IMG/VR virus record: IMGVR_UViG_3300011114_000182
Coordinates: 1-32,703 of that record
Length of the DNA: 32,703 nt
Direction: 5' to 3' (one strand)
Origin: a virus
Lineage: Duplodnaviria; Caudoviricetes
In this document: piece by piece, positions 18,605-26,568 of the stretch
Layout: each line of letters begins with the position of its first letter
Position numbering within the stretch: position 1 is the stretch's first letter
The notes under the pieces: generated by a model
The model's input: only the letters and a program-made list of their open reading frames with translations
Told to the model about the DNA's origin: nothing
The model's database searches: none
Made by a program: the position numbers and the translations under genes

Positions 18605-18782
18605 TTAAAGGCTTTTTTACCACTTTTAGTATGTTTGTTCCATTGTTCCATAATATATATAAAGGTAGACGAACCGCAAAATACTTTACAATGTTAAGTG
18701 ATTCGGGTAGATTAGACAGACAACGCTTTGTCCAAACCCATATTTTGGGCGGAACATTGGAACAGGCTGACAACGAAGCGTA

Positions 18783-18795
18783 TAACACGTTGATT
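18783..18795 (-). promoter_or_regulatory. IHF consensus site
   Basis: Minus strand AATCAA-CGTG-TTA = WATCAANNNNTTR. Confidence 0.55.
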
Positions 18796-18883
18796 TCATT
18801 GCACTTTCTCTCATTTCACCCCACTGGAACACAGTGGAACAGACGGAACAATGCTTAAAAAATAGGCAACTTTTAAGGAAAAT

Positions 18884-19117
18884 ATGAACAATATTGCATA
18901 TCACCCTTGCCGAAACTGTGGTGACGACATACCGCTTGCTCGATGGGCTCTCGGTTTCAAGCACTGCATGCTATGTGGCGAGAAGCTTGCAAGACAGAAA
19001 CGACACATTGTGGAAATCCCTTTTAGCAAGGGTGCGTATCAATACATCCACAATCCCGATGATCTGCGACTGGTCAACCCCAAGCGCAACAACCCAAAAG
19101 ATATTAACAGGAGTTAA
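18884..19117 (+). CDS. C4 zinc-finger protein, DksA/TraR-finger-like
   Basis: CRNCGDDIPLAR...CMLC; TAAGGA SD; stop inside palindrome copy 19104. Confidence 0.6.
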   Translation: MNNIAYHPCRNCGDDIPLARWALGFKHCMLCGEKLARQKRHIVEIPFSKGAYQYIHNPDDLRLVNPKRNNPKDINRS

Positions 19118-19121
19118 TAAA

Positions 19122-19286
19122 ATGAACTACGAGAGACTTATCCCTGCCAGTTTTGGCATCCTTTCAACCATCGGTTTGGTTGTCGGGTTCAATGGTGATG
19201 GTGGCTTGCACAAACTTTGCCTTGTTGCATCGGGTGTTTGCCTTGGCTTTTTAATTGAGTTCGTAACAACAACTGAAGGAGAGTGA
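19122..19286 (+). CDS. Small two-helix membrane protein
   Basis: ATG 1 nt after palindrome; MNYERLIPASFGILSTIGLVVG...LCLVASGVCLGFLIEFV. Confidence 0.65.
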   Translation: MNYERLIPASFGILSTIGLVVGFNGDGGLHKLCLVASGVCLGFLIEFVTTTEGE

Positions 19287-19287
19287 C

Positions 19288-19503
19288 ATGACTACTGCAA
19301 TCAAGCAACTGCAAGACTTTGCCAACGCCAACTACGAGGAGGGTGGACATTGGGTCTACGAGGCGTTCGACTGTGCCGATTACCAAGAAGTGCTGACCGC
19401 ACACAACGGCAACATTGAGCAAGCCAAGAGCCAACTGCAAGAGTATTGGAAGCGTATGTGCATGCTCGAGCGTGAGTATGCGTTCGGTGATGGCGAATAT
19501 TAA
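19288..19503 (+). CDS. Small acidic hypothetical protein
   Basis: 71 aa; AAGGAG SD; ANANYEEGGHWVYE. Confidence 0.7.
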   Translation: MTTAIKQLQDFANANYEEGGHWVYEAFDCADYQEVLTAHNGNIEQAKSQLQEYWKRMCMLEREYAFGDGEY

Positions 19504-19517
19504 CAGGAGTTAATAAT

Positions 19518-19721
19518 ATGGACAAAGCTTACAACACAGGCAAGATAATGATCGGTCAGTATTATCAGAAGCCACTTGGTAATCACATGAATAGGGACTG
19601 CGAGTTTTGGCAAGCGGTTTATCTCGGTGATTATCAGCGTGAGGTGATATTCAGACGCCAAATGGCTTGGTATATTGTGTTTCTGATTATCTTATTCAGT
19701 ACGCTTGCGATGGTCATGTAA
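19518..19721 (+). CDS. Small protein with C-terminal TM helix
   Basis: 67 aa; ATG follows palindrome. Confidence 0.7.
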   Translation: MDKAYNTGKIMIGQYYQKPLGNHMNRDCEFWQAVYLGDYQREVIFRRQMAWYIVFLIILFSTLAMVM

Positions 19722-19924
19722 TGATTATTGATCGCAAAACAGGCAAGTCTGTGCATATTGGTGACACGCTGATACGCAAGGACTACAAAGGATTCAAGCA
19801 CAAGTACGAGGTGATGGACTTCATCCCTCGTGGTGTTTGGGTGCGCAAGTTAACCCAAGGTGATCGCTATGTGTATCTCAGCATGACACTAGCAAGCCTA
19901 CAACTAGACGAGGTAATGATATGA
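19721..19924 (+). CDS. Small SH3-like/beta hypothetical protein
   Basis: Start MIIDRKTGK by TAATG overlap. Confidence 0.6.
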   Translation: MIIDRKTGKSVHIGDTLIRKDYKGFKHKYEVMDFIPRGVWVRKLTQGDRYVYLSMTLASLQLDEVMI

Positions 19925-20097
19925 ATGATGTAGATATGAGTGACCCCCGAGTAATGATGCACGAAGCGGCTCATGCTTTCTACGAATGGGAAAAGGGTAG
20001 ATACAACGGAAATTCCCCATTGAGTGACGATGACCGCCTCACATGGATGCAAGGCTATGTGTACGCATACACAAAATTAACAGGAGTTAATAAATGA
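19921..20097 (+). CDS. 58-aa hypothetical protein (not in ORF track)
   Basis: GAGGT SD, ATGA overlaps at both ends; MNDVDMSDPRV...AYTKLTGVNK reads through the palindrome. Confidence 0.6.
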   Translation: MNDVDMSDPRVMMHEAAHAFYEWEKGRYNGNSPLSDDDRLTWMQGYVYAYTKLTGVNK

Positions 20098-20318
20098 AAG
20101 TCAGGAAGAACAAGCACAAGATTCTTGAGCGCATGGCAAACCCATCGTGGTTCAGCGACACAAATACCATGTGGTTCATACGCCATGTGAAGCCTTGCAA
20201 GTCCTACGAGAAGGGTTGCCCCGACTGCGATGCAGTTATGTTCCGCAAGGAACATGGGCGTTTCCCTTACACGCAAGCCGAATGGTTTGAGTACACAACA
20301 CGCATCACAACAAGTTAA
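20094..20318 (+). CDS. Small Cys-containing hypothetical protein
   Basis: 74 aa, H-x3-C-x5-CxxC; bounded by two palindromes. Confidence 0.65.
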   Translation: MKVRKNKHKILERMANPSWFSDTNTMWFIRHVKPCKSYEKGCPDCDAVMFRKEHGRFPYTQAEWFEYTTRITTS

Positions 20319-20333
20319 CAGGAGTTAATAACT

Positions 20334-20420
20334 ATGACAAAGTGGGAAAAAATGGAAAGAGTAGTGATTCTTCTAGCCCTTATGGTGCTAGCCCTTGACC
20401 TTTTGTACTGGAGACCATGA
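20334..20420 (+). CDS. 28-aa membrane peptide (not in ORF track)
   Basis: ATG 2 nt after palindrome; MTKWEKMERVVILLALMVLALDLLYWRP; ATGA overlap with next gene. Confidence 0.6.
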   Translation: MTKWEKMERVVILLALMVLALDLLYWRP

Positions 20421-20944
20421 TGAGACACGAACATCTACCCGCATTGAAGCGGTACACATCGCAAGTTCAATACGATGCGTTGAAATCTATTGAGGACACA
20501 AAGTCAATCAAAGACCTAGTGTTCTCGGGTAACACTAACCGCACCCTCGGTGTGCTTGTGCGCAGTGCATGGATAAACACCTTTCCCTATGTTCAAGATG
20601 GGGTCAAGTACGAGGGGTGGTGCGTGACCGAGGCAGGTAAGCATGCCATGACCATGTTCGAGGAACAACTACGCCTTGAGCAGATCAAGGAGGAGAAGCG
20701 TAAGGCTGTGCGTGACAGCTATTACGAGGCACTGCTTCATGCATACGATATAGAGGAGTCTACGAGTCAGAGGCGAGAGGAACTTTCACTAGAGTTACGC
20801 AAACTAGAGTGGCAAGTAGAGCAAGCCAAATCAACGCTACGGGCGAGGTCTTACCAGTTAAGTAATGGTGAGCAACGAGATGTTATAGCCCGAGTGCAAA
20901 AGGACATTGCACAGCGAGCCAGTCAACAAGTTAACAGGAGTTAA
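20417..20944 (+). CDS. Hypothetical protein, possible wHTH-like N-terminus plus coiled coil
   Basis: 175 aa; L..LVRSAWI...W.VTEAG pattern; GGAG SD. Confidence 0.65.
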   Translation: MMRHEHLPALKRYTSQVQYDALKSIEDTKSIKDLVFSGNTNRTLGVLVRSAWINTFPYVQDGVKYEGWCVTEAGKHAMTMFEEQLRLEQIKEEKRKAVRDSYYEALLHAYDIEESTSQRREELSLELRKLEWQVEQAKSTLRARSYQLSNGEQRDVIARVQKDIAQRASQQVNRS

Positions 20945-20948
20945 TAAC

Positions 20949-21449
20949 ATGGGCGCAGATATTCATACATTTATAGAGCGCAAGATGCCCTCGGGTAATT
21001 GGGCGTACATGGGCAACCTTGACCATGCCATTCATTCCAAGGCGTTTTGGGGGCATGACAAGCCTAACTTCGGGCACATGTTCTATGTAGTCAATGGTCG
21101 CAACTACCAGTTCTTTGCCCGACTTGCGAGTGTGCGTGGTGATGGGCGTGACCCGCAAGGGTTGCCCGATGATGTGAGCGAGATGGTGCAGATGTTCGCT
21201 AATGCATGGGAGGGTGATGGGCATAGCCATTCGTGGCTGAGTGCCTCCGACTTTGCTGATGACTACTATGGCGTTGAAGCCCTAGAGAGTGGGGAAGAAG
21301 AGCCCATGACCGAGTATCACCAAAACACTTTGAAGGCAGATAAGAACTATGCAGTGCTTCAGTTCTTGCAAGAGATGTGTGGTGTGTCAGGCATAGGCGA
21401 TATGACCCAAGCCAATGAGTTCCGTTTTGTATTTTGGTTCGACAATTAA
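20949..21449 (+). CDS. Conserved phage hypothetical protein
   Basis: Start MGADIH after palindrome; RNY.FFA.LA.VR, GLPDD, HSHSW, RFVFWFDN motifs seen widely in phage proteins. Confidence 0.75.
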   Translation: MGADIHTFIERKMPSGNWAYMGNLDHAIHSKAFWGHDKPNFGHMFYVVNGRNYQFFARLASVRGDGRDPQGLPDDVSEMVQMFANAWEGDGHSHSWLSASDFADDYYGVEALESGEEEPMTEYHQNTLKADKNYAVLQFLQEMCGVSGIGDMTQANEFRFVFWFDN

Positions 21450-21468
21450 ATTAACAGGAGTTAATAAA

Positions 21469-22347
21469 ATGCATTCAAGCTATAAGTTCTATGAAGATAA
21501 GTTCAACAACACCAAGCCCATTCGTGGGCGGTCAGTTGAGGTCAAGCCCATCGGTCAGCGTAGAAGAGATTGGGAAACTATCACTTCTCAGGATGGGCAT
21601 GGCGGGAAATCCTACATTGCAAAGCTTTACAACACCGAGTGTGTAGAGTACTTTCCCAATGGTGACATTGTGATTCGGTCAGGTGATTGGGCAACACCAA
21701 CCACTGCTGAGTTTATCCATGAGCACAGTCCGTTCCGATGCTTCAAGCGGTACAAGAAACTGTGGATACAAAACCGAGATGACTTGCTACCTATAAATAA
21801 TGAGTTGCGTCTAAAGTATTTAGGTGAGGGCATGGGATGGGAACCAGCAGAGGAAATCGTCATACAGCAACGAGTTGTAGATCGTGACTTGGCTAAGGAA
21901 GCACGCGCCCCTTTAATGCCGTTCGTCAACTTTTGTGAGGCGTTCTTGAAAATGTCAGACGGATGGGTTATGCATGACACACGCATGGAGGTAGGGGTCG
22001 AGGTAAGTCCTTGGGGTACTTACGATCACAACAAGCTGAGCAACATGCATGCGGATGCAATGTATGACCACATAGCGACATGTGATGATTCCGAGTACTT
22101 GTATCTTTTGAGTTACTACTTGGGTGATTCACACCATGTAGAAGAACGCAGACTTGCCAAGGTAGATATGGTTGAAATCATGGCGGGTACACCGAACGCA
22201 TGGCAACGCAGGGTTGAGTTCTATGACTGCAAGTATTCACAAACGCTACTGCGTAGTCGTATCTTTGAGGTAGCCAAGCGAGCCAAGGAGATACACAAAA
22301 TTGTAGAGGTCAAGCCCTCGGGCAAAGCAGTTACCAACACACTTTGA
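21469..22347 (+). CDS. Hypothetical protein
   Basis: Start MHSSYK after palindrome; 292 aa. Confidence 0.75.
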   Translation: MHSSYKFYEDKFNNTKPIRGRSVEVKPIGQRRRDWETITSQDGHGGKSYIAKLYNTECVEYFPNGDIVIRSGDWATPTTAEFIHEHSPFRCFKRYKKLWIQNRDDLLPINNELRLKYLGEGMGWEPAEEIVIQQRVVDRDLAKEARAPLMPFVNFCEAFLKMSDGWVMHDTRMEVGVEVSPWGTYDHNKLSNMHADAMYDHIATCDDSEYLYLLSYYLGDSHHVEERRLAKVDMVEIMAGTPNAWQRRVEFYDCKYSQTLLRSRIFEVAKRAKEIHKIVEVKPSGKAVTNTL

Positions 22348-22382
22348 AAGGGAATCCACAATTCAAATTTATTTTAAAACGC

Positions 22383-22411
22383 TTGACATTCAACCCGATA
22401 TAGGTTATAAT
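22383..22411 (+). promoter_or_regulatory. Perfect-consensus sigma70 promoter
   Basis: TTGACA (22383-22388)-17 bp-TATAAT (22406-22411), with AT-rich UP-like tract upstream. Confidence 0.9.
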
Positions 22412-22497
22412 GTATATAACAGTGGTAAAGTAACCAACTGTTAGTGAACCTGAGAATCAATTTATTAACCGCTGTTAATCAGCAGAAAGAGTGCGCT

Positions 22498-23607
22498 ATG
22501 TCAGTTTTAAATTTTGGTCACACAGTCTCATTGCAAGACTTTGCGAAGAGCATCGGCATCGTAGGTAAAGATGTTACTGTAATCGGTCAGGGCGAGCCAG
22601 GAATTGGTAAGTCAAGCATGCTAAAAGTCTTGGCTGGGCAGTATCCCGATTATGAGATCGCATACATCGACTGTACCTTGCTTGATCTTGGTGACTTTGC
22701 TTTGCCCTACACAGTTCAAGTTCGTAATGGACTGATCTCCGATGGTGCGTTAGTTGACGAGGGTATGAAGGTAACTAAGTTTGCACCTAACGCTAGGTTC
22801 AAGATGCACACAGGCAAGCCAGTGATCGTGATGCTTGACGAGATCGGCAAGGCGATGAAGGCTGTGAAGAATGTGCTATTGACTCTCATGCTAGAGCAAC
22901 GCATTGGTGACCACTACTTGCCCAAGGGTTCGATTGTGTTTGGTACGACTAACTTACTAACAGATGGTGTGGGTGACATGCTCGAAGCGCATGCTCGCAA
23001 TCGTGTGTGTATGACAACTGTACGCAAGCCTGATGCAGACGAGTGGATTGATTGGGCAATCACCAACGATGTAGCACCCGAGGTTATTGCATGGGTCAAG
23101 CAGTTCCCTCATGCACTGGCAAGTTACACAGATGCAAGTCAGAAGGATAACCCATATATATTTAACCCTACTCGTGCGGGCATGGGTGCGGTGGTTACAC
23201 CAAGAAGTTTAGAGAAGGCTAGTCACATTGCAAAGCGCAGATCAGAGTTAGGTGACTCGCTGACTATCTCTATGCTGACAGGCACTATCGGTGAGAGCGC
23301 AAGCCGTGACATGCAAGCGTTCTTTACTGTGGTGGACAAGTTGCCGACATGGGATGCGATTATGGCAAGCCCTGCTACTACGAAGATGCCAACCGATACA
23401 GTTGCGAAATGTATCTTGGTGTTTAGTGCGATCACTAGAGTGGAGAAAGATTCTCTGCCCAAGTGGATGACCTACTTGCAACGGATGGACATGGAGTGGC
23501 AAGCATTGTTTGCTACCAGTGTAATGAAGTCGCAAGCTAAGCAAGCGTTCTGTGTGATGAACAAAGAGTTCAAAGACTGGGCGTTGAAAAATCAATGGTT
23601 GTTTTAA
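22498..23607 (+). CDS. MoxR-type (AAA_5-like) AAA+ ATPase
   Basis: Walker A GEPGIGKS, Walker B VMLDE, sensor TTN, arginine finger RNR, TPRS; start at MSVLNF preferred over GTG 22444. Confidence 0.85.
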   Translation: MSVLNFGHTVSLQDFAKSIGIVGKDVTVIGQGEPGIGKSSMLKVLAGQYPDYEIAYIDCTLLDLGDFALPYTVQVRNGLISDGALVDEGMKVTKFAPNARFKMHTGKPVIVMLDEIGKAMKAVKNVLLTLMLEQRIGDHYLPKGSIVFGTTNLLTDGVGDMLEAHARNRVCMTTVRKPDADEWIDWAITNDVAPEVIAWVKQFPHALASYTDASQKDNPYIFNPTRAGMGAVVTPRSLEKASHIAKRRSELGDSLTISMLTGTIGESASRDMQAFFTVVDKLPTWDAIMASPATTKMPTDTVAKCILVFSAITRVEKDSLPKWMTYLQRMDMEWQALFATSVMKSQAKQAFCVMNKEFKDWALKNQWLF

Positions 23608-23629
23608 TAAGTTAACAGGAGTTAATAAC

Positions 23630-24826
23630 ATGGCTACAAAACTAACAGTCGAGCAACTGATTCAGAAAGATCACGTTGCCTTAATGAAAGACCCCAAGTA
23701 TTGCTTGTACTCAGGGATTATTATGATCGGTCGCACCGAGGTGAAGGACGATGTGCCTACCGCATGCACCGATGGTCGCAACACTTACTATGGTCGTGAC
23801 TACATGGCTAAGCAAGCGTCTAACAAACGCAAGGGTGTGATATTGCATGAGAATCTGCACAAGGCTTTCAGGCATACAACTGTATGGAAGCATCTCTACA
23901 AAGAGAACCCAACGCTAGCGAACATGGCGTGTGACTATGTGATCAACTTAATGATCATGGATGGTGACAACAACTTTGTGTCTCTGCCCGATGGTGCATT
24001 GCTTGACCCCAAGTACAAGGGATTGGATGCGGGTACTGTGTATCGCATGCTCAAGGAAGAAGCCAAGGGTGGCACGATTCATGTCAAGACAGTCGGTGAT
24101 CAAGAGGGCAAGGATGTGCCAGTGATCGAGGTAGGCAATGGACTAGACGAGCATGATTGGGAGAGTGCCGAGGGCATGACCAACGAGGAGAAAGAAACAC
24201 TTGCCAAGGACATTGACCAAGCATTGCGTCAGGGTGCGATTCTCGCAGGGAAGATGAGTGCGAATGTACCCCGAGAGATCAGCGATGTACTTGAAGCCAA
24301 GGTAGATTGGCGTGAGGCTATGCGTGAGTTCGTTACATCATTCTGCGCAGATAAGGATGAGAGCACATGGAGGCGTCCATCACGCAGATGGATTGGACAA
24401 GATGTTTACATGCCCTCAATGATCGGTGAGTCAGTCGGTCGTATCGTAATTGGTATTGACATGTCAGGTTCTATCGGTGACGAAGAGGTCGGTCAGTTCT
24501 TGGGTGAGGTCAAGAAGATTTGCGATACTGTCAAACCCGAGGGTATCGACTTGTTGTATTGGGATACCCGAGTATGTCAGCATGAGAAGTATGAGCAAGA
24601 CCAACTGGATAACTTGTTAGCCAGTACTAAGCCCCGAGGTGGTGGAGGCACTGACCCACAATGCATCGTGGACTACATGAACAACAAGAAGATCAAGGCT
24701 GAGTGTGCAGTGATCTTGACCGATGGTTATGTAGGCTCATGGGGTGAGGGTTGGTTGTGTCCTACGCTGTGGGGTATTACAACCGATGTGACATCCGAGA
24801 TCGGTAAGACTGTTCGTGTCAACTAA
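23630..24826 (+). CDS. VWA-like protein with N-terminal HExxH metallopeptidase-like domain (DUF2201 type)
   Basis: TACTDG, LHENLH, N.ACD.VIN; MIDAS IDMSGS, GGGTD, LTDG. Confidence 0.85.
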   Translation: MATKLTVEQLIQKDHVALMKDPKYCLYSGIIMIGRTEVKDDVPTACTDGRNTYYGRDYMAKQASNKRKGVILHENLHKAFRHTTVWKHLYKENPTLANMACDYVINLMIMDGDNNFVSLPDGALLDPKYKGLDAGTVYRMLKEEAKGGTIHVKTVGDQEGKDVPVIEVGNGLDEHDWESAEGMTNEEKETLAKDIDQALRQGAILAGKMSANVPREISDVLEAKVDWREAMREFVTSFCADKDESTWRRPSRRWIGQDVYMPSMIGESVGRIVIGIDMSGSIGDEEVGQFLGEVKKICDTVKPEGIDLLYWDTRVCQHEKYEQDQLDNLLASTKPRGGGGTDPQCIVDYMNNKKIKAECAVILTDGYVGSWGEGWLCPTLWGITTDVTSEIGKTVRVN

Positions 24827-24843
24827 TTAACAGGTGTTAATAA

Positions 24844-25086
24844 ATGTTCAAGCAATGGTTTGACAAGCGTGCTGAGAAAGGTCAGTACCACACAGTCACG
24901 CTAATACTCGAGCAAAACTACAACATAGCTACATGGAAACAGGAGGTACTTATTAGGTACGAGGCGGTTAAGTTTATAAAAGCAAGACCAACAGACGCCA
25001 ACAAGTATGGGCGTATGACACAAGAAGAAGCCATTGCTATGGCTAAATTATTAAATGCATCAACAGAAGGAGTGATAACAAAATGA
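24844..25086 (+). CDS. Hypothetical protein
   Basis: 80 aa; ATG directly after palindrome variant. Confidence 0.65.
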   Translation: MFKQWFDKRAEKGQYHTVTLILEQNYNIATWKQEVLIRYEAVKFIKARPTDANKYGRMTQEEAIAMAKLLNASTEGVITK

Positions 25087-25916
25087 TACAGAACAGTGCA
25101 ATGTTAGTAGACCTGAACATCTCAGCGTGGACAGGTCGCAAGATGGATAAGAAAGTATCCGATGAGATTGATTCTGCCAAGCATACCAAGGCGAGGGCGG
25201 GTAACTATCACAAGAAGCTATTGGCAGGAACACAGCGATTGGATGAGTTGCAGAAACTTGTTTCAGCAATACGCATTTGGCATTACGAACAGACGCTACC
25301 TTGGTCTGATGGTGGCTCACGCCTACTACCAATGAAAAACTTCTTTGAGTACAAGGCTACGCTAGGCGATTACCAGAACCAGTTCGCTGAGTCTGTGCAA
25401 GGGTTTTTGGAAGATTACGACACACTTGTTACGGCAGCAGCATTTCAACTAGGTGATCTGTTTGATGCAGAGGAGTACCCACATGCTTCAAAGCTAGAGA
25501 GTAAGTTCAAGTTTAAGTATGTGTTCTTGCCAGTACCCGATGTAGGTGACTTTCGCATTGATGTGAACGAGGCGGGTCGGGCTGAGTTGCAACAACAGTA
25601 CGAGGAGTTTTTCAATAACAAGTTGTCTGATGCCATGCAAGATGCGTGGGACAGGCTACACGACTGTCTAACTAAGATGAGTGACAAACTTGCAGGGCAA
25701 GATAAACAAATCTTTCGGGACTCATTGGTAAACAACGCTGTGGACTTGTGTGAACTGCTCACTAAGTTGAATGTAACCAATGACTCGAAGCTAGAGGTAA
25801 TGAGAAAGAAGTTAGAGAGTGCGCTTGTAGGTGTATCTGCAGGTGATCTGCGTAAGGATGATGGGACACGACTGAGCGTCAAAGCCGAGGTCGATAAGAT
25901 TCTGTCAATGTTCTGA
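25083..25916 (+). CDS. Helical hypothetical protein (DUF3150-like, tentative)
   Basis: 277 aa; W.GRK.D...K.L...TLPW..G.RLLP...LGDLF..EYP pattern; commonly neighbours AAA/VWA genes in phages (recollection). Confidence 0.6.
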   Translation: MIQNSAMLVDLNISAWTGRKMDKKVSDEIDSAKHTKARAGNYHKKLLAGTQRLDELQKLVSAIRIWHYEQTLPWSDGGSRLLPMKNFFEYKATLGDYQNQFAESVQGFLEDYDTLVTAAAFQLGDLFDAEEYPHASKLESKFKFKYVFLPVPDVGDFRIDVNEAGRAELQQQYEEFFNNKLSDAMQDAWDRLHDCLTKMSDKLAGQDKQIFRDSLVNNAVDLCELLTKLNVTNDSKLEVMRKKLESALVGVSAGDLRKDDGTRLSVKAEVDKILSMF

Positions 25917-25935
25917 TTAACAGGAGTTAATAAGT

Positions 25936-26541
25936 ATGAACGAGCAAATGATATGGGAGTACTTGCGTAATGAGGTTGAACACAGAGGCATCTACCGAGT
26001 ACCGCCCAATGGTAGGAATCTCCCTGCGAAAGCCCCGAACAGGGGTTACTCATGGCAGTTCTATTTGCGTAGATGTTTGTTTGACCCGAAGTTTGTGATT
26101 GGGGCGGCTGAGTTGTTGGTCAACAAGTTGCCTGACAAGAACATACAGATCGGTGCTTGCGAAGATGCGGGTGTGCCACTTGGGTTAGCTATGTCAGCTA
26201 TCTTGGGTACGCCAATGATCTCAGTCAAGAAGTCACGCAAGGTGTATGGGTTACTTAATTTTACGGAAGGAGTAGCAACAGGCAAACCAATAGTGCTTGT
26301 AGATGACCTAGCAGGGTCGCAAGATACGCTGAAGAAATCAGTAAGTATTCTGCATGCGTTTAATTTACCAACTGCGGACTTCTATGTAGCACTGGTAGAT
26401 AAGACACAAGGCACACATAAAAACAATTATGTGGGTGCGAAAGAACTTATTAGTTTGTTTACATGTGATGACTTTGCGATGAGTTGGTCAGAGTATGTAG
26501 AGAAGTTCCAAAAGAACCCCGAGTTCGGGGCACATTATTAA
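25936..26541 (+). CDS. Type I phosphoribosyltransferase (orotate PRTase-like)
   Basis: PRPP-binding loop IVLVDDLAGSQDT; AGVPLG; basic flexible loop VKKSRKVYG; LVDK. Confidence 0.75.
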   Translation: MNEQMIWEYLRNEVEHRGIYRVPPNGRNLPAKAPNRGYSWQFYLRRCLFDPKFVIGAAELLVNKLPDKNIQIGACEDAGVPLGLAMSAILGTPMISVKKSRKVYGLLNFTEGVATGKPIVLVDDLAGSQDTLKKSVSILHAFNLPTADFYVALVDKTQGTHKNNYVGAKELISLFTCDDFAMSWSEYVEKFQKNPEFGAHY

Positions 26542-26568
26542 ATTAACAGATGTTAATAAGGAGTAGAG

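Larger units (their letters stand above)
18550..18850. repeat. Mirror-symmetric TGTTCC/GGAACA iteron-like array; candidate replication origin
   Basis: TGTTCC at 18550, 18559, 18569, 18636, 18644; GGAACA ending at 18850, 18841, 18831, 18764, 18756; extras at 18475 and 18583; AT tract 18650-18663. Confidence 0.7.

Noticed and set aside
18415-18858. 147-aa ORF (and antisense 18408-18788, 18686-18964)
   Set aside because: Crosses a strong terminator and the hexamer array, has no SD and an odd composition; more likely non-coding
19104-19120. CtrA box or CsrA/RsmA site
   Set aside because: TTAA-N6-TTAA rather than the N7 spacing of CtrA; GGA is missing from half of the copies while the arms persist, which argues against CsrA as the main constraint
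19960-19974. HEAAH (HExxH) in the 58-aa ORF as a metalloprotease
   Set aside because: Protein too short for a peptidase fold; likely chance
18894-22497. ORF-track N-terminal extensions (18894, 20907, 21415, 22444)
   Set aside because: Artefacts of the open third frame of the palindrome (LTGVN/LTAVN); better starts lie just after the motif
25445-26053. 202-aa minus-strand ORF and other antisense ORFs in the right arm
   Set aside because: Fully overlap better-supported plus-strand genes; Ser/Leu-rich shadow composition
19104-26559. Repeats as a CRISPR array
   Set aside because: Only 17 bp, and spacing is irregular (hundreds to thousands of bp) and filled with intact genes; no cas genes
19104-26559. 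Repeats as integron attC sites (TAAC...GTT ends)
   Set aside because: Far shorter than attC, no L boxes or extrahelical bases, GTTAATA does not fit GTTRRRY, and no integrase in the window
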